Source of the DNA: Candidatus Cloacimonadota bacterium
GTDB taxonomy: Bacteria > Cloacimonadota > Cloacimonadia > Cloacimonadales > Cloacimonadaceae
Direction of reading: 5' to 3'
DNA length: 64,000 bases
Assembly (NCBI GenBank): GCA_035357855.1
Contig: DAOPOH010000001.1
Coordinates: forward strand, 79,949-143,948
Position numbers and translations under genes: made by a program. Below the pieces are notes generated by a model. That model saw nothing but the letters and a program-made list of their open reading frames with translations, was not told the DNA's origin and ran no database searches. Below are positions 49,493 through 59,438 of this stretch, piece by piece. Position 1 is the first letter of the stretch. Every line of letters begins with the position of its first letter.

Positions 49493-50254
49493 ATGCGCTG
49501 TTCACACTGCAATGAAAAATTGGCGGTTCATGATCTTTGGTGCGCTAAATGCGGCAGAAGAACAGAAGTTTACAGCAAAGATTTATCTGCCGTAAAAAGT
49601 CTTAAAGAGACTTGGAATAAGTATAAGCCAATTATGGGACAGAACTTTCCTGTCGGTATTTGGGCTGCCTTAACGGGAATTTTACCGCTGATTGCTATGA
49701 TTATTATTTTCAATTATTTCTTTCCTGCTATACCGAAGTGGTATGCAATGTTAATCCGAAATGTAGTCTTTTTATTTTTCCTGCCCGTATTATTTGTTCC
49801 TTTTCATGCTGCTTGTGCTCAAGATGATAATAAAATTAAAGTTAAGGATTTCTTTCATTCTTTTACGCACTATGACAATTACTGGATCTTTAGTCTGATT
49901 TCGGTGCTTTATTATTTAGTTATCTATTTTGTTTGCAAGGGAGACCCGATTCTTAATTTAGTATGGCTTGTTTTAGTTATGTATTGGGTAGCGATTGTCA
50001 TTCCCGTTCCGATTTTAATGGAGCATTACAGATTAAATGCCTGGCAAGCAATAAAATTGGCTTACAAAAAAGCGGGTGATGTGCGCTGGCATATTTTTGC
50101 GTTAGGATTAATTTTGATGCTTATTAATCTTTTGGCTGCCGTTTTTCTGGTAATCGGACTATGTGTTACTGTTCCTTTTACTTGGTTTGCCATTCGCGAT
50201 TATACGGACAAACTTATAGAATATGAACTTTTTTATGAGAAGACATCCGAATGA
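49493..50254 (+). CDS. membrane protein with N-terminal zinc-ribbon
   Basis: CSHCNEKL...CAKCG is followed by about six hydrophobic helices. I recognised no family. Confidence 0.45.
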   Translation: MRCSHCNEKLAVHDLWCAKCGRRTEVYSKDLSAVKSLKETWNKYKPIMGQNFPVGIWAALTGILPLIAMIIIFNYFFPAIPKWYAMLIRNVVFLFFLPVLFVPFHAACAQDDNKIKVKDFFHSFTHYDNYWIFSLISVLYYLVIYFVCKGDPILNLVWLVLVMYWVAIVIPVPILMEHYRLNAWQAIKLAYKKAGDVRWHIFALGLILMLINLLAAVFLVIGLCVTVPFTWFAIRDYTDKLIEYELFYEKTSE

Positions 50255-51258
50255 AGCGTAAAGAAATAATCTCTTTAATAATTCTCATAGCCGTCCTTGC
50301 TTATGGATTTTATCGTTATGCAACGCGGAGTTACACAGCGGAGAAATCGCAATATCTGATGGATACTATTGTAAAGATATCTGCCACTTCAAAAGATAAA
50401 AATGTAGGTCAAAAAATAGATAAGGTTTTTGATTATATTCGTAATCTTCAGGATGATTTGGACGAATATAAGGAAGGCGGTTGGCTTTGGGAAGTTAATA
50501 ATACAGATAAATATCACTATACCATGCATCCTGACGCCTACAAAATTTTGCTTTTGGCTGATAGTTTATATCGCTTTTCTAACGGCAATTTTGATATCAC
50601 GATTAAGCCTGTTTTTGATTTGTGGCAGTTCAATTCCGCCAATCCTCAACTTCCCGATTCCCTTTTAATTAAGAAGAAATTGAAATTAGTCGGATTTGAT
50701 AAGATAAAATTCAATGAAAATCATCTCTATAAGCCGCAAGGAATGCAATTTACTTTCGGTGCTTTGGCAAAAGGCTACATTATTGACCGTGCCAGAGATT
50801 ATATGTTAACGCAAGATCTTTATAAAGGGTATATTGATTGCCAGAGCAGCATGACCTTTTTTGGAAATTCGAGACTGCCGGAAATCGTGGGCATTCAGCA
50901 CCCCAGAAAAATGAATGATGTGATAGCCACTTTGAAAGTTAAGAATATCTCTCTTTCCACTTCGGGCGATTATCAGCAGTTTTTTGATCTTAACGGTGTT
51001 CGTTATCATCATATTTTGAATGCGCATACCGGTTATCCCGGGCGTAATGTCTATTCCGTCACAGTCTTAAATCCTTCCGCTTTTTACTCGGACGGGCTTT
51101 CTACCTGCCTTTTTATTATGAATCCCGAAGCGGCGATGGATGCAATAAAGCGCATTCCTGATACGGAAGCGATTATTTATTACCAGAAAAACAATACCAT
51201 TACTTCCCTTAAGTCCAGAGGGATAAAAGACCTGTTACAAAGTGAAAGCACTCAGTAA
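50251..51258 (+). CDS. apbE: FAD:protein FMN transferase ApbE
   Basis: It has an N-terminal membrane or lipoprotein anchor. The MDT..I, FDITI, GALAKGY and TSGDYQ motifs are typical of ApbE. Confidence 0.8.
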   Translation: MKRKEIISLIILIAVLAYGFYRYATRSYTAEKSQYLMDTIVKISATSKDKNVGQKIDKVFDYIRNLQDDLDEYKEGGWLWEVNNTDKYHYTMHPDAYKILLLADSLYRFSNGNFDITIKPVFDLWQFNSANPQLPDSLLIKKKLKLVGFDKIKFNENHLYKPQGMQFTFGALAKGYIIDRARDYMLTQDLYKGYIDCQSSMTFFGNSRLPEIVGIQHPRKMNDVIATLKVKNISLSTSGDYQQFFDLNGVRYHHILNAHTGYPGRNVYSVTVLNPSAFYSDGLSTCLFIMNPEAAMDAIKRIPDTEAIIYYQKNNTITSLKSRGIKDLLQSESTQ

Positions 51259-52033
51259 GAAAAAAGCTTTAATGGCCGATTTACAAAACGGAAAAGACAA
51301 GCGGAAAATCACTATCGATAAAGTCGGTGTCAAAGGAATAAAATATCCGGTTGTCGTTTCCGATCGCTCAAACAAGACACAAGCCACGATTGCCGATATT
51401 AATCTCTATGTTGAGTTGCCTCATTATCATCGCGGAACTCATATGTCACGCTTTGTGGAAGTGTTGAACCGTTACCATCAGGAAGAAATTGTCTTTCATT
51501 TGCAAAATTTGCTGGATGACCTTAGGCAGTCCTTGAATGCAAATGCTGCTTACATAGAAATGAACTTTCCTTATTTTATCAGTAAAGCCGCTCCTGTTTC
51601 TGGCATTGAATCTTTTTTAAACTACGAATGCATGTTCAAAGCTGCATTGAAAGATGAATACGAATTTTGGATCGGAGTAAAAGTGCCGGTTACAACTCTT
51701 TGCCCCTGCTCAAAAGAAATCAGTGATTACGGCGCTCACAATCAGCGGTCAGAAGTATCTTTAACCGTGCAATATTCCGAATTTATGTGGCTTGAAGAGT
51801 TGATTGACCTGATTGAAAACACCTGCAGTTGCGACATCTATCCACTTTTGAAACGTGTTGATGAAAAATATGTAACGGAAAAAGCATATGACCATCCGAT
51901 GTTTGTTGAGGACATCGTGCGAGAATTAACTCTTTCTTTACAAAAGGATAAACGCGTCCTTCACTTTGAAATAGAATCCGAAAACTTTGAATCTATCCAC
52001 AACCACAGCGCTTATGCTTATATGAAAAGATAA
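51242..52033 (+). CDS. folE2: GTP cyclohydrolase FolE2/MptA (type IB)
   Basis: IDKVGVKGIKYPV, RGTHMSRF, TLCPCSKEIS, HNQRS and ESIHNHSA motifs. The start may be M11 at 51272. Confidence 0.85.
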   Translation: MKALSKKKALMADLQNGKDKRKITIDKVGVKGIKYPVVVSDRSNKTQATIADINLYVELPHYHRGTHMSRFVEVLNRYHQEEIVFHLQNLLDDLRQSLNANAAYIEMNFPYFISKAAPVSGIESFLNYECMFKAALKDEYEFWIGVKVPVTTLCPCSKEISDYGAHNQRSEVSLTVQYSEFMWLEELIDLIENTCSCDIYPLLKRVDEKYVTEKAYDHPMFVEDIVRELTLSLQKDKRVLHFEIESENFESIHNHSAYAYMKR

Positions 52034-52047
52034 CACGGAGAACATTT

Positions 52048-54666
52048 CTGCAGCTTATTCACGCTTCTGATTTCACTTTAGTAAACGGCTTCAAAGTCAT
52101 CTTTGCTCGTGATAATTCCAATTCGCTTGTTAACTTGCAATTGTATATCAGAGTAGGTTCTGTTTACGAAAATAAACAAACCTCAGGATTTGCTCATTTA
52201 ACTGAGCACATGACCTTTAAAGCAACTCAAAATTATCCAGATAATTTTATTTCTTATTTTATTTCCGATTTGGGCGGTGTGATAAACGCTTATACGGAAT
52301 ATGATACCACCTGTTATTACGTTATGATGCCCTCCGAGCATTTGGAGAAAGGCATTTCTGCTCTTTCCGATTTGGCGTTCAGAGCCCTTATGCGAGAAAA
52401 TGATTTGGAAATAGAAAAAGATATTGTCTGCGAAGAAATTAAGCAAAACGCCAATGACCCTGATACCGGCTTTCTGGATTGGATTCAATCTACATATTTT
52501 ACTTCATCGCCTTTAAAAAATTCCGTTTTAGGCACTGCAGAAACAGTTCGAAATGCTACTTCCGCTCAATTGAAAAATTTCTACAAAAAGTATTATTTGC
52601 CTCAAAACTCTTTTTTTGTTGTTACCGGCTGTTTTGAGCCTGCACATTTAAGGAAACTTACTAAAAAGTATTTTGCTGATTGGCGTGGGGAAAAATCCCT
52701 CTCTCGCTGTAAAAAGATTTATTTACCTGAAGCAAACGGTTTTGGATATAATGATAAAAAGAAATCTGCCAACGGAGATTACATAGCTTTCGTAATTCCC
52801 GAATTGGAAGCAACAAATTGTCTTAGTGATGCCAATCTTTTTCTAACCAGAGCTTTTGCTTCAGGAAAGCAGAGCCGCCTTTACAAACGCCTGATTGAAA
52901 AAGATAAAACTGCTCTTGATATCCGTCTTTATTCTGTCGGAGGCTTACTTCCCGGCATAACTGTAATTCAAATATTACCTTATAATTCCGAAACAGTGCC
53001 TGATGTTATTTATGCTTTTTATGACGAATGGCTCAAGGTCGGGCAAAATTGTTTTTCTGTTTCGGAGCTTGAACTTTTGCAAAAGGAAATGTTTTATTCT
53101 TGGATGTATGACTTTGAATATCTTGAAGCTTTGGGCGGCAGTCTTGCAGATGAGGAATTGACGAAAGATTACAAGGAGCATTACAAATTTCCGGAAAGAA
53201 TTGCAGCAGTCACTTACAAAGAATTGAAAGAATGTCTTGATTTATTGTGGCAATCTCATTACTTAAGTATTTATTATCAAGGTAAAGAGCTTCTGCCCCA
53301 TCTCATAGTCAATAATATTCGCAAACTTTTTTCTTCTTTACCTGCACCCGCCTTTAAAGTTCCTGAAGCAAAAATCCATAAAGACTTTATTGCCCAAAAA
53401 TTACTTTCCCAATCAAAAAAAATATCAGACAGCAGTCTTAAGGAAGTCGAAATCACGAAATTACCAAACGGACTTAGGCTTATCCTGCGCAAAGTAAAAA
53501 ATAAGCCAGTATTCGGAGTTGCGTTATCCTCCTCAGTTTCCCAATTAATGGAACGAGAAAATGAGAGAGGTGTCAATTTTCTTACCTCCGATATGCTTTT
53601 ATTCGGCACTGAAAAGCATAATTACGACGAAATTCAGAAGCTGTGCCTCAATGAAGGTTTTCCCGTAAAGATAAGCCGAACTTTGGAAACGACCACTTTG
53701 TCGGGAAAATGCCTTGAATTTAATTTGGATACATTATTATCTTTGTTAGCGGAAATTTGGCAGCATCCCATTTTTCCGTCCAAATATTTGCGTCAAGCCA
53801 AAGCCACTGTTTGTGAAAATACCAGAAGAGAAAAAAGCAATCCCTTTTCCAATGCATTTAACCGTTGGTCAAAATTGCTCTTGGGCGCAGAAACTAATCT
53901 GAACAAACCATATTCCACTGTTACTAAAACATTAGCCATTACCGAAAGTCAAATCCGGCAATGGTATAATACGCATTACGGGCTTGAAAATTGTGCTTTG
54001 ACAGTTGTAGGTGACTTTGATTTCCGACAAGTGAAAGAGCTTTGCGCCAAGTATTTCAATATTAGAAAGCCTTCGCCCGTTAAACAAAAGCCTGCCCCAT
54101 ATTTTCATTCTTCCTTATCCCGAATTAAATATGCTAAAGCCGCTTCCGATCAATCAAATGTGATTATGGGTTCTTGGTGTTGTCCTACTTCGGATTTGAC
54201 TTCTCTTACTGCTCTATATATTTTGGCTCAAGCATTGGGCGGCGATTTAGGCTCACGTTTTTTTTACTTGTTAAGAGAAAAATATGGTTATGCATATCAA
54301 ACGGGTTTGGATTTTGCCGCCATTCGTTCGCTTGGTTATTGGTATGGTTACGCTATTTGCGATAGAAATGACTTTAGCGAAGTGCGGCAATTGATGCAGG
54401 ATATCATTGCCGATGTCTATCAACACGGTTTAACGGAAGAGGAAATAACCTCTGCCAAAAATTACCTGAAAGGTGTCCAAAGAATGGATTTGGAGAGTTT
54501 GCGTTGGCAAGCGACAAGCCTTTCAGGAATGTCAGTTTCCGGATATAATTGCGATTATTTCTTCAATTGGGAAGATTGGGTGGAAAAGGTAACTTTAGAA
54601 GACATCAAACAATTGACCCAAAAGTGGTTTAATCCGGACAATCTATACCTCTATTTGGAGAGATGA
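52048..54666 (+). CDS. M16 (pitrilysin/insulinase) family zinc peptidase, fused two-module form
   Basis: It carries the HxxEH motif (FAHLTEHM) and the Glu of the EKDIVCEEI region. The conserved N-terminal strand FTLVNGFKVIFARD lies upstream of the first canonical start (TTG at 52135). I therefore call a CTG start at 52048, with GGAG 7 nt upstream; see the finding. Confidence 0.7.
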   Translation: MQLIHASDFTLVNGFKVIFARDNSNSLVNLQLYIRVGSVYENKQTSGFAHLTEHMTFKATQNYPDNFISYFISDLGGVINAYTEYDTTCYYVMMPSEHLEKGISALSDLAFRALMRENDLEIEKDIVCEEIKQNANDPDTGFLDWIQSTYFTSSPLKNSVLGTAETVRNATSAQLKNFYKKYYLPQNSFFVVTGCFEPAHLRKLTKKYFADWRGEKSLSRCKKIYLPEANGFGYNDKKKSANGDYIAFVIPELEATNCLSDANLFLTRAFASGKQSRLYKRLIEKDKTALDIRLYSVGGLLPGITVIQILPYNSETVPDVIYAFYDEWLKVGQNCFSVSELELLQKEMFYSWMYDFEYLEALGGSLADEELTKDYKEHYKFPERIAAVTYKELKECLDLLWQSHYLSIYYQGKELLPHLIVNNIRKLFSSLPAPAFKVPEAKIHKDFIAQKLLSQSKKISDSSLKEVEITKLPNGLRLILRKVKNKPVFGVALSSSVSQLMERENERGVNFLTSDMLLFGTEKHNYDEIQKLCLNEGFPVKISRTLETTTLSGKCLEFNLDTLLSLLAEIWQHPIFPSKYLRQAKATVCENTRREKSNPFSNAFNRWSKLLLGAETNLNKPYSTVTKTLAITESQIRQWYNTHYGLENCALTVVGDFDFRQVKELCAKYFNIRKPSPVKQKPAPYFHSSLSRIKYAKAASDQSNVIMGSWCCPTSDLTSLTALYILAQALGGDLGSRFFYLLREKYGYAYQTGLDFAAIRSLGYWYGYAICDRNDFSEVRQLMQDIIADVYQHGLTEEEITSAKNYLKGVQRMDLESLRWQATSLSGMSVSGYNCDYFFNWEDWVEKVTLEDIKQLTQKWFNPDNLYLYLER

Positions 54667-55448
54667 CTGTGTCTTTTATTTTAGGTGTGGATTTGGGCTC
54701 ACGCAATGTAAAACTGATCTTATTAAAAGAGCAGGGAAAAAATGTGTGTTTCAGCGCTTGTCAGGATACGGGTGTGAATCCTGTTCAAACTTATGAACAT
54801 CTTTTGCGACTTTGTATTAATCATACCGGGATTTCAGCTTCAGACATAAGGCTTATATATACCACGGGTTATGGCAGAAAATTGATAAAAGCGGATAAAG
54901 CTGTATCCGAAATTACTTGTCATGCTGCCGGAGTTTTATCGTTAATTCCGCAAGCGAGAACAATTATTGACATAGGTGGTCAGGATTGCAAGGTCATAAC
55001 TTTACAGGGAAACGGAAAAGTAGCGGATTTTGCCATGAATGATAAGTGCGCTGCCGGAACCGGTCGCTTTCTGGAAATGGTTGCTTTGAGGCTTGGTGTC
55101 CCTTGTTCAGAATTAGGACAATTGGGTTTGTCCGCAGATAAAAATCTGCATTTGGCAAGCACTTGTGTCGTCTTTGCCGAATCGGAAATTATCAATCTCA
55201 TGGCGCAAAATCACTCAGCAGCAGAAATAGCCCACGCGGTTCACTTATCGGTTGCGGATAGAATTTCGTCTCAGATCAATCAATTAGCATGGCATCCGCC
55301 TGTTGTTTTTACCGGAGGAGTGGCTCTTAATGCAGATTTACAAGTAATTTTTTCCCGTTTATTACAAACCGAAATTCAAATACCAGTGGAGCCTGAACTT
55401 ACTGGTGCATTAGGAGCGGCACTTTTGGCAACTGTAGAAAAAGAATGA
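54663..55448 (+). CDS. BcrAD/BadFG-type ATPase: 2-hydroxyacyl-CoA dehydratase activator (HgdC-like)
   Basis: An ASKHA-fold GVDLGSRNVKL motif, the cluster-ligand region NDKCAAGTGRFLE and STCVVFAESE. The 261-aa size fits. Confidence 0.8.
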   Translation: MTVSFILGVDLGSRNVKLILLKEQGKNVCFSACQDTGVNPVQTYEHLLRLCINHTGISASDIRLIYTTGYGRKLIKADKAVSEITCHAAGVLSLIPQARTIIDIGGQDCKVITLQGNGKVADFAMNDKCAAGTGRFLEMVALRLGVPCSELGQLGLSADKNLHLASTCVVFAESEIINLMAQNHSAAEIAHAVHLSVADRISSQINQLAWHPPVVFTGGVALNADLQVIFSRLLQTEIQIPVEPELTGALGAALLATVEKE

Positions 55449-56197
55449 AAAAAGATTTTCATTTACATGCGGATTTCAGTCCGGACAGTTCAATCAAGTT
55501 AGCAGAACTTGTTCCTCGAGCCGCAGAATTAGGCTATTCAGAATTGGCAATTACGGAACATCTGGATTTGATGCCGCAAGAAATTGCAGTTTCAGGTCTC
55601 CCCTCTTTGCAGAAATATCAAAAAATGGTCGCCGAAATCCAAGCTTTATATCCACATCTGAAACTTCATTGCGGTATTGAAGTAGGTGATTTTACCGAAG
55701 TTCGCTCGCAAGCAATTCCACTGTTGAACGAATTTCATTTCAGACCAGTGCTCGGCTCCATCCATATCATTCTGCAAAACCTCAATGTTGCTATTCCGTT
55801 GAAGAAAAAACTTCGCCCTACAGAAATCAAAGCTTACTATGAAACAAATTTACGAATGGTAGAAACCTGCCCCATTGATATCTTGGCGCATTTAGGCGTT
55901 TATAAACGCTACTACTCCGAAAAACCTGTTGAGATGCACTGCCAAAGCCTCATTAGCCGTATCTTTGAAGTCATGATTTATAGGGGGATCGCTCTGGAAA
56001 TCAATTATTCCGGTTTGCGTCGTCCTTACAAATCTTTGCTTCCCGAACCGGAATACTTGGCTTTATATAAAAAACTCGGAGGCAAACTTGTGACTATTGG
56101 GTCTGATGCCCATAAACTTCAGTTCTTTGACGATTTCTATCATATAGCCTATCAAGCTGTTACAGAATTCGGCTTTGAAATTCTGTCCCTTAACTAA
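55445..56197 (+). CDS. PHP-domain phosphatase (HisJ-type histidinol-phosphatase family)
   Basis: DFHLHADFSPDS at the N-terminus, EHLD, and GSDAH near the C-terminus. Confidence 0.7.
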   Translation: MKKDFHLHADFSPDSSIKLAELVPRAAELGYSELAITEHLDLMPQEIAVSGLPSLQKYQKMVAEIQALYPHLKLHCGIEVGDFTEVRSQAIPLLNEFHFRPVLGSIHIILQNLNVAIPLKKKLRPTEIKAYYETNLRMVETCPIDILAHLGVYKRYYSEKPVEMHCQSLISRIFEVMIYRGIALEINYSGLRRPYKSLLPEPEYLALYKKLGGKLVTIGSDAHKLQFFDDFYHIAYQAVTEFGFEILSLN

Positions 56198-56369
56198 TCC
56201 CGTAAATCTTCTCTTCTGCTCTATCATAGTTCTTGCTTCATAAATGAAGGATAGATGATGGTTTGATAAAGATTGTTTGACAATTATGTTAAGGTCATTT
56301 ATAGTTAAAACAGAAGCGAAACTCAAGCACAAAAAATGCTGCGAGATTACTGATTTCAGATAAAGGAAA

Positions 56370-58031
56370 TCAATATTGAAAAATACTTCCGTTGGTAAAT
56401 TCTCGAATGATGGAATTATATGGCACCAAAGAATCCGGAATGTCTCTGATGAAGCTCAAAAGCAGTTCTAACCTTTGCGCTTCCGTAAAAACTGTTGATT
56501 TGGGAGAAATCTTTTGCAGCATCTTCCATGCGTATTTGCGAAACACGCCCAGTTCATAAGTCAGGCTGCTGTTGAACATAAAATCAGCGTTTTCCTGATA
56601 AGGAAAAATATTCTTCTCTTCTCCTTCGCGGACATCAGGCCAACGCATCAAAGTTTCCTCAGCAGAATAACCCCTATAGCGATAATCGCGAACCATGCGT
56701 CTAATTAGGCGACAATCGGTTGTTGCAATGCGGTTATGATTATCTATATTTAATTGGTTAAGTGCACTCACATAAATCTTTACTTTACTTTTCGCATCCA
56801 CACCGGATGTTAATAAATCATTTAATCCGTGAATACCTTCCATCAAGATAATGGAATCTTTATTCATTTTAACGGGAACATGAGAGCGTTGGCTCATCCC
56901 GCGGGAAAAATTGAATTTTGGTAATTCTACGCTTTCACCTCTGAGCAGTTGATTTAATTGCGTATTCAGTAAATCCAAATCAAGTGCGTAAATGCTTTCA
57001 AAATCGTATGAACCGTTTTCTTTCTTAGGCGTTTTTTCCCTGTTCAGAAAATAATCGTCCAGACTGATCACCAAAGGAGTTGCTTTACAAGCTTGCAATT
57101 GCACTGAAAGCCTTTTGGCAAAAGTAGTTTTTCCGGAAGAGGAAGGACCGGCTATTAAAACGATTTTCCATTCCGGATTGGCTACAATTTGAGCTGCAAT
57201 TTCAGCAATTTTCTTCTCGTGTAGAGCCTCTTCCACCAAAATAAACTGCGAAATGTCATAATTATCAATCAATTTATTCAAATCTATGATGTTGTGCACT
57301 TTCAAAATGTTCAACCATTTGTCTTGCTCTTGATGCAGGTTGAAAAGTTTAGCTGATAAAGTAAAAGGATGGGTAAGTATTCCCCCTTTTCCCGAAGGAA
57401 GACGCAAAACGAAGCCCGGGGCGTTGTAGACAAGCTCAAATTCGACGATATATTTGGTGTTGTCAACCAAAGGACGAATGTAATAATCATAAAATTTTCC
57501 GCAGCGATATATGATCAGATTACGCATTGTGAAATATTGCAGGTTCTTCAGCAAATCATTGCGCCCCATAGTACTGAAAATATCCTCTGCTTCGTCGAAG
57601 CGGACATCCAATTTCTCTATGGGAAGCGCATTATTGACTATTTTGCGCATTTCTTCTTCTACATAAGCGCAATCTTCTTCAGTAAAAGCTTCCACTTTAA
57701 ACACTTCACAATAAATGCCGTCGTTGATTGAGTGCTCTGCTACCAATGAATGTTCGCTGCCAAAAATGTTATACATGGCTTTGGCAAGAACAAATAATGC
57801 GGAATCTTGATAAATGCGATACCCTTCCGGATGACGGATAGTAATTCCTTCTACTTGAGTATCACGGTCCAGCAGATAATCCTCATTGACATAAAGATTA
57901 TGATTAATTTTGTAGGCAAGAATGGGATTGGTAATTCCGCTTACGGATGACATCAGCTCCTTAATCTTCAAGGGGTTGTCTATCTCAAAATCCTGCATGG
58001 GATTACCGTCAATTTTTAGTTCTATCTTCAT
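56370..58031 (-). CDS. uridine-kinase-like P-loop kinase fused to an N-terminal TGS/ThrRS-SAD-like region
   Basis: Walker A GPSSSGKTTFAKRL and a Udk-like ILMEGIHGLN motif. The N-terminal ~270 aa resemble the second additional domain found in ThrRS/AlaRS. Confidence 0.6.
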   Translation of the reverse strand: MKIELKIDGNPMQDFEIDNPLKIKELMSSVSGITNPILAYKINHNLYVNEDYLLDRDTQVEGITIRHPEGYRIYQDSALFVLAKAMYNIFGSEHSLVAEHSINDGIYCEVFKVEAFTEEDCAYVEEEMRKIVNNALPIEKLDVRFDEAEDIFSTMGRNDLLKNLQYFTMRNLIIYRCGKFYDYYIRPLVDNTKYIVEFELVYNAPGFVLRLPSGKGGILTHPFTLSAKLFNLHQEQDKWLNILKVHNIIDLNKLIDNYDISQFILVEEALHEKKIAEIAAQIVANPEWKIVLIAGPSSSGKTTFAKRLSVQLQACKATPLVISLDDYFLNREKTPKKENGSYDFESIYALDLDLLNTQLNQLLRGESVELPKFNFSRGMSQRSHVPVKMNKDSIILMEGIHGLNDLLTSGVDAKSKVKIYVSALNQLNIDNHNRIATTDCRLIRRMVRDYRYRGYSAEETLMRWPDVREGEEKNIFPYQENADFMFNSSLTYELGVFRKYAWKMLQKISPKSTVFTEAQRLELLLSFIRDIPDSLVPYNSIIREFTNGSIFQY

Positions 58032-58089
58032 AGCGGGAGACTAATCAAGCTATACGGCATTTTCGTCAAGCAAAACAAAGGAGAGAACA

Positions 58090-59043
58090 ATGAACAAAAG
58101 AAAAATCAAATTAGGTAGAGAAATTGAACAATATTTCGGTATTCTTATCGGAGCAGTTCTTTTCGGAATGGGCTACGCCTGGTTTCTAATTCCTTACAAT
58201 ATTGCTCCGGGCGGAGTTGGCGGTATTGCACAAATCTTCCATTACTTTTTTGGTTTTCCTGTTGGCATTACAATGATTTGCATCAATATTCCTTTGTTTG
58301 TTATCAGCTTTATCTATATCGGGAAATCCTTCGGAGCAAAATCAATCTACGGAATGCTTGTCAGTTCTTTTATGACGGACTTACTCAGCCTGCCTTCTCT
58401 CTTCAAAATTGGTATGATTTCCAATCTGGAAAAATATACCTTCATAGTTAAAGGACATTTGATTTACGCAATGCTCGCTCCTTCTGATATTTACTTGAGC
58501 GCAATTGCGGGAAGTGTGCTTTTAGGTTTAGGTTTGGGTATAATTTTCAGGTTCAGAGGCTCAACCGGTGGAACTGATATTCCTGTTGCAATGATTAAAC
58601 AAAAAGCGGGAATTAGTATCGGCACAGGTTATTGGTTAGTAGAAACATTTATCATCCTCATAGTGGGTATCAGTTTGAAGGATTTGAAGTTAGTTATATG
58701 GGGCTTTCTCAATTTGTTTATAACAACCAAAATTACCGATCTTGCAAGTGAAGGGCTTCCCTATATTAAAGGTGTGTATGTCATTTCTCCGGCAGTTAAT
58801 GACATCAAGCAGGAAATATTTGATAAATTAGACAGAGGTGTCACTTTTTTCAAAGGCATCAGCGGTTACACTCAAAAGGAAATCAATATCCTTTTTTGCG
58901 TTGTAAACAGAAGGCAGGTTTCAGAACTTTCCGATATCGTAAAAGACATTGATAAAGACGCTTTTATGATTGTTACAGAAGTGCACGATGTTATGGGATA
59001 CGGTTTCAGGTCCAGACAATTAAACCTTAAAGACAACGGCTGA
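58090..59043 (+). CDS. YitT-family membrane protein (DUF2179 C-terminal domain)
   Basis: About five TM helices with GGxGG (IAPGGVGGIAQI) and a C-terminal soluble domain ending VTEVHDVMGYGF. Confidence 0.75.
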   Translation: MNKRKIKLGREIEQYFGILIGAVLFGMGYAWFLIPYNIAPGGVGGIAQIFHYFFGFPVGITMICINIPLFVISFIYIGKSFGAKSIYGMLVSSFMTDLLSLPSLFKIGMISNLEKYTFIVKGHLIYAMLAPSDIYLSAIAGSVLLGLGLGIIFRFRGSTGGTDIPVAMIKQKAGISIGTGYWLVETFIILIVGISLKDLKLVIWGFLNLFITTKITDLASEGLPYIKGVYVISPAVNDIKQEIFDKLDRGVTFFKGISGYTQKEINILFCVVNRRQVSELSDIVKDIDKDAFMIVTEVHDVMGYGFRSRQLNLKDNG

Positions 59044-59183
59044 AATATACATTTCCGGTTCATATTTTCGCAGTAACTTATTATTAAAATCTAATATATA
59101 AATAATATTATGATATTTTATTAATCTTTTTTATTATGCCGTTTGTCATCAATATAATACTCCAACATTCTGATTACATAGTA

Positions 59184-59281
59184 ATTCTTGTAGGACATAT
59201 ATCGTGGTGTTGAGGGGAGTCTCTGGGAAAAAATCACAGAGACTCCGCGGCATCACTACCGTAGATATTAAAGGAAGAAAT
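59184..59281. repeat. palindromic intergenic repeat, copy B (core hairpin 59216-59246)
   Basis: GGAGTCTCTGgG-AAAAAAT-CaCAGAGACTCC forms the core hairpin. The 73 nt at 59209-59281 align without gaps to 1520-1592 with 65 identities. Confidence 0.65.
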
Positions 59282-59438
59282 ATATTGTTCTCCTGTTTTG
59301 AATTTCTTAATTAAGTAAATTAATAATATGCCTGTCAAAACCTATCTTAAAAGATTGGGATAGAGTAAATATAAATTACAATGTTTAAATATTAAATTCA
59401 TAAATATAATAAATAAAGGCAATAAGTTCTTTAGTTCA

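Noticed and set aside
56230-56262. A possible fourth, hairpin-less fragment of the palindromic repeat (TTCTTGCTT...GGATAGATGATGG) in the convergent spacer between the PHP phosphatase and the kinase gene.
   Set aside because: It resembles only the arm sequences (TTCTTGCTT, GGTAGTGATG) and lacks the GC-rich core hairpin. It is too short and gapped to distinguish from chance without a covariance-model search.
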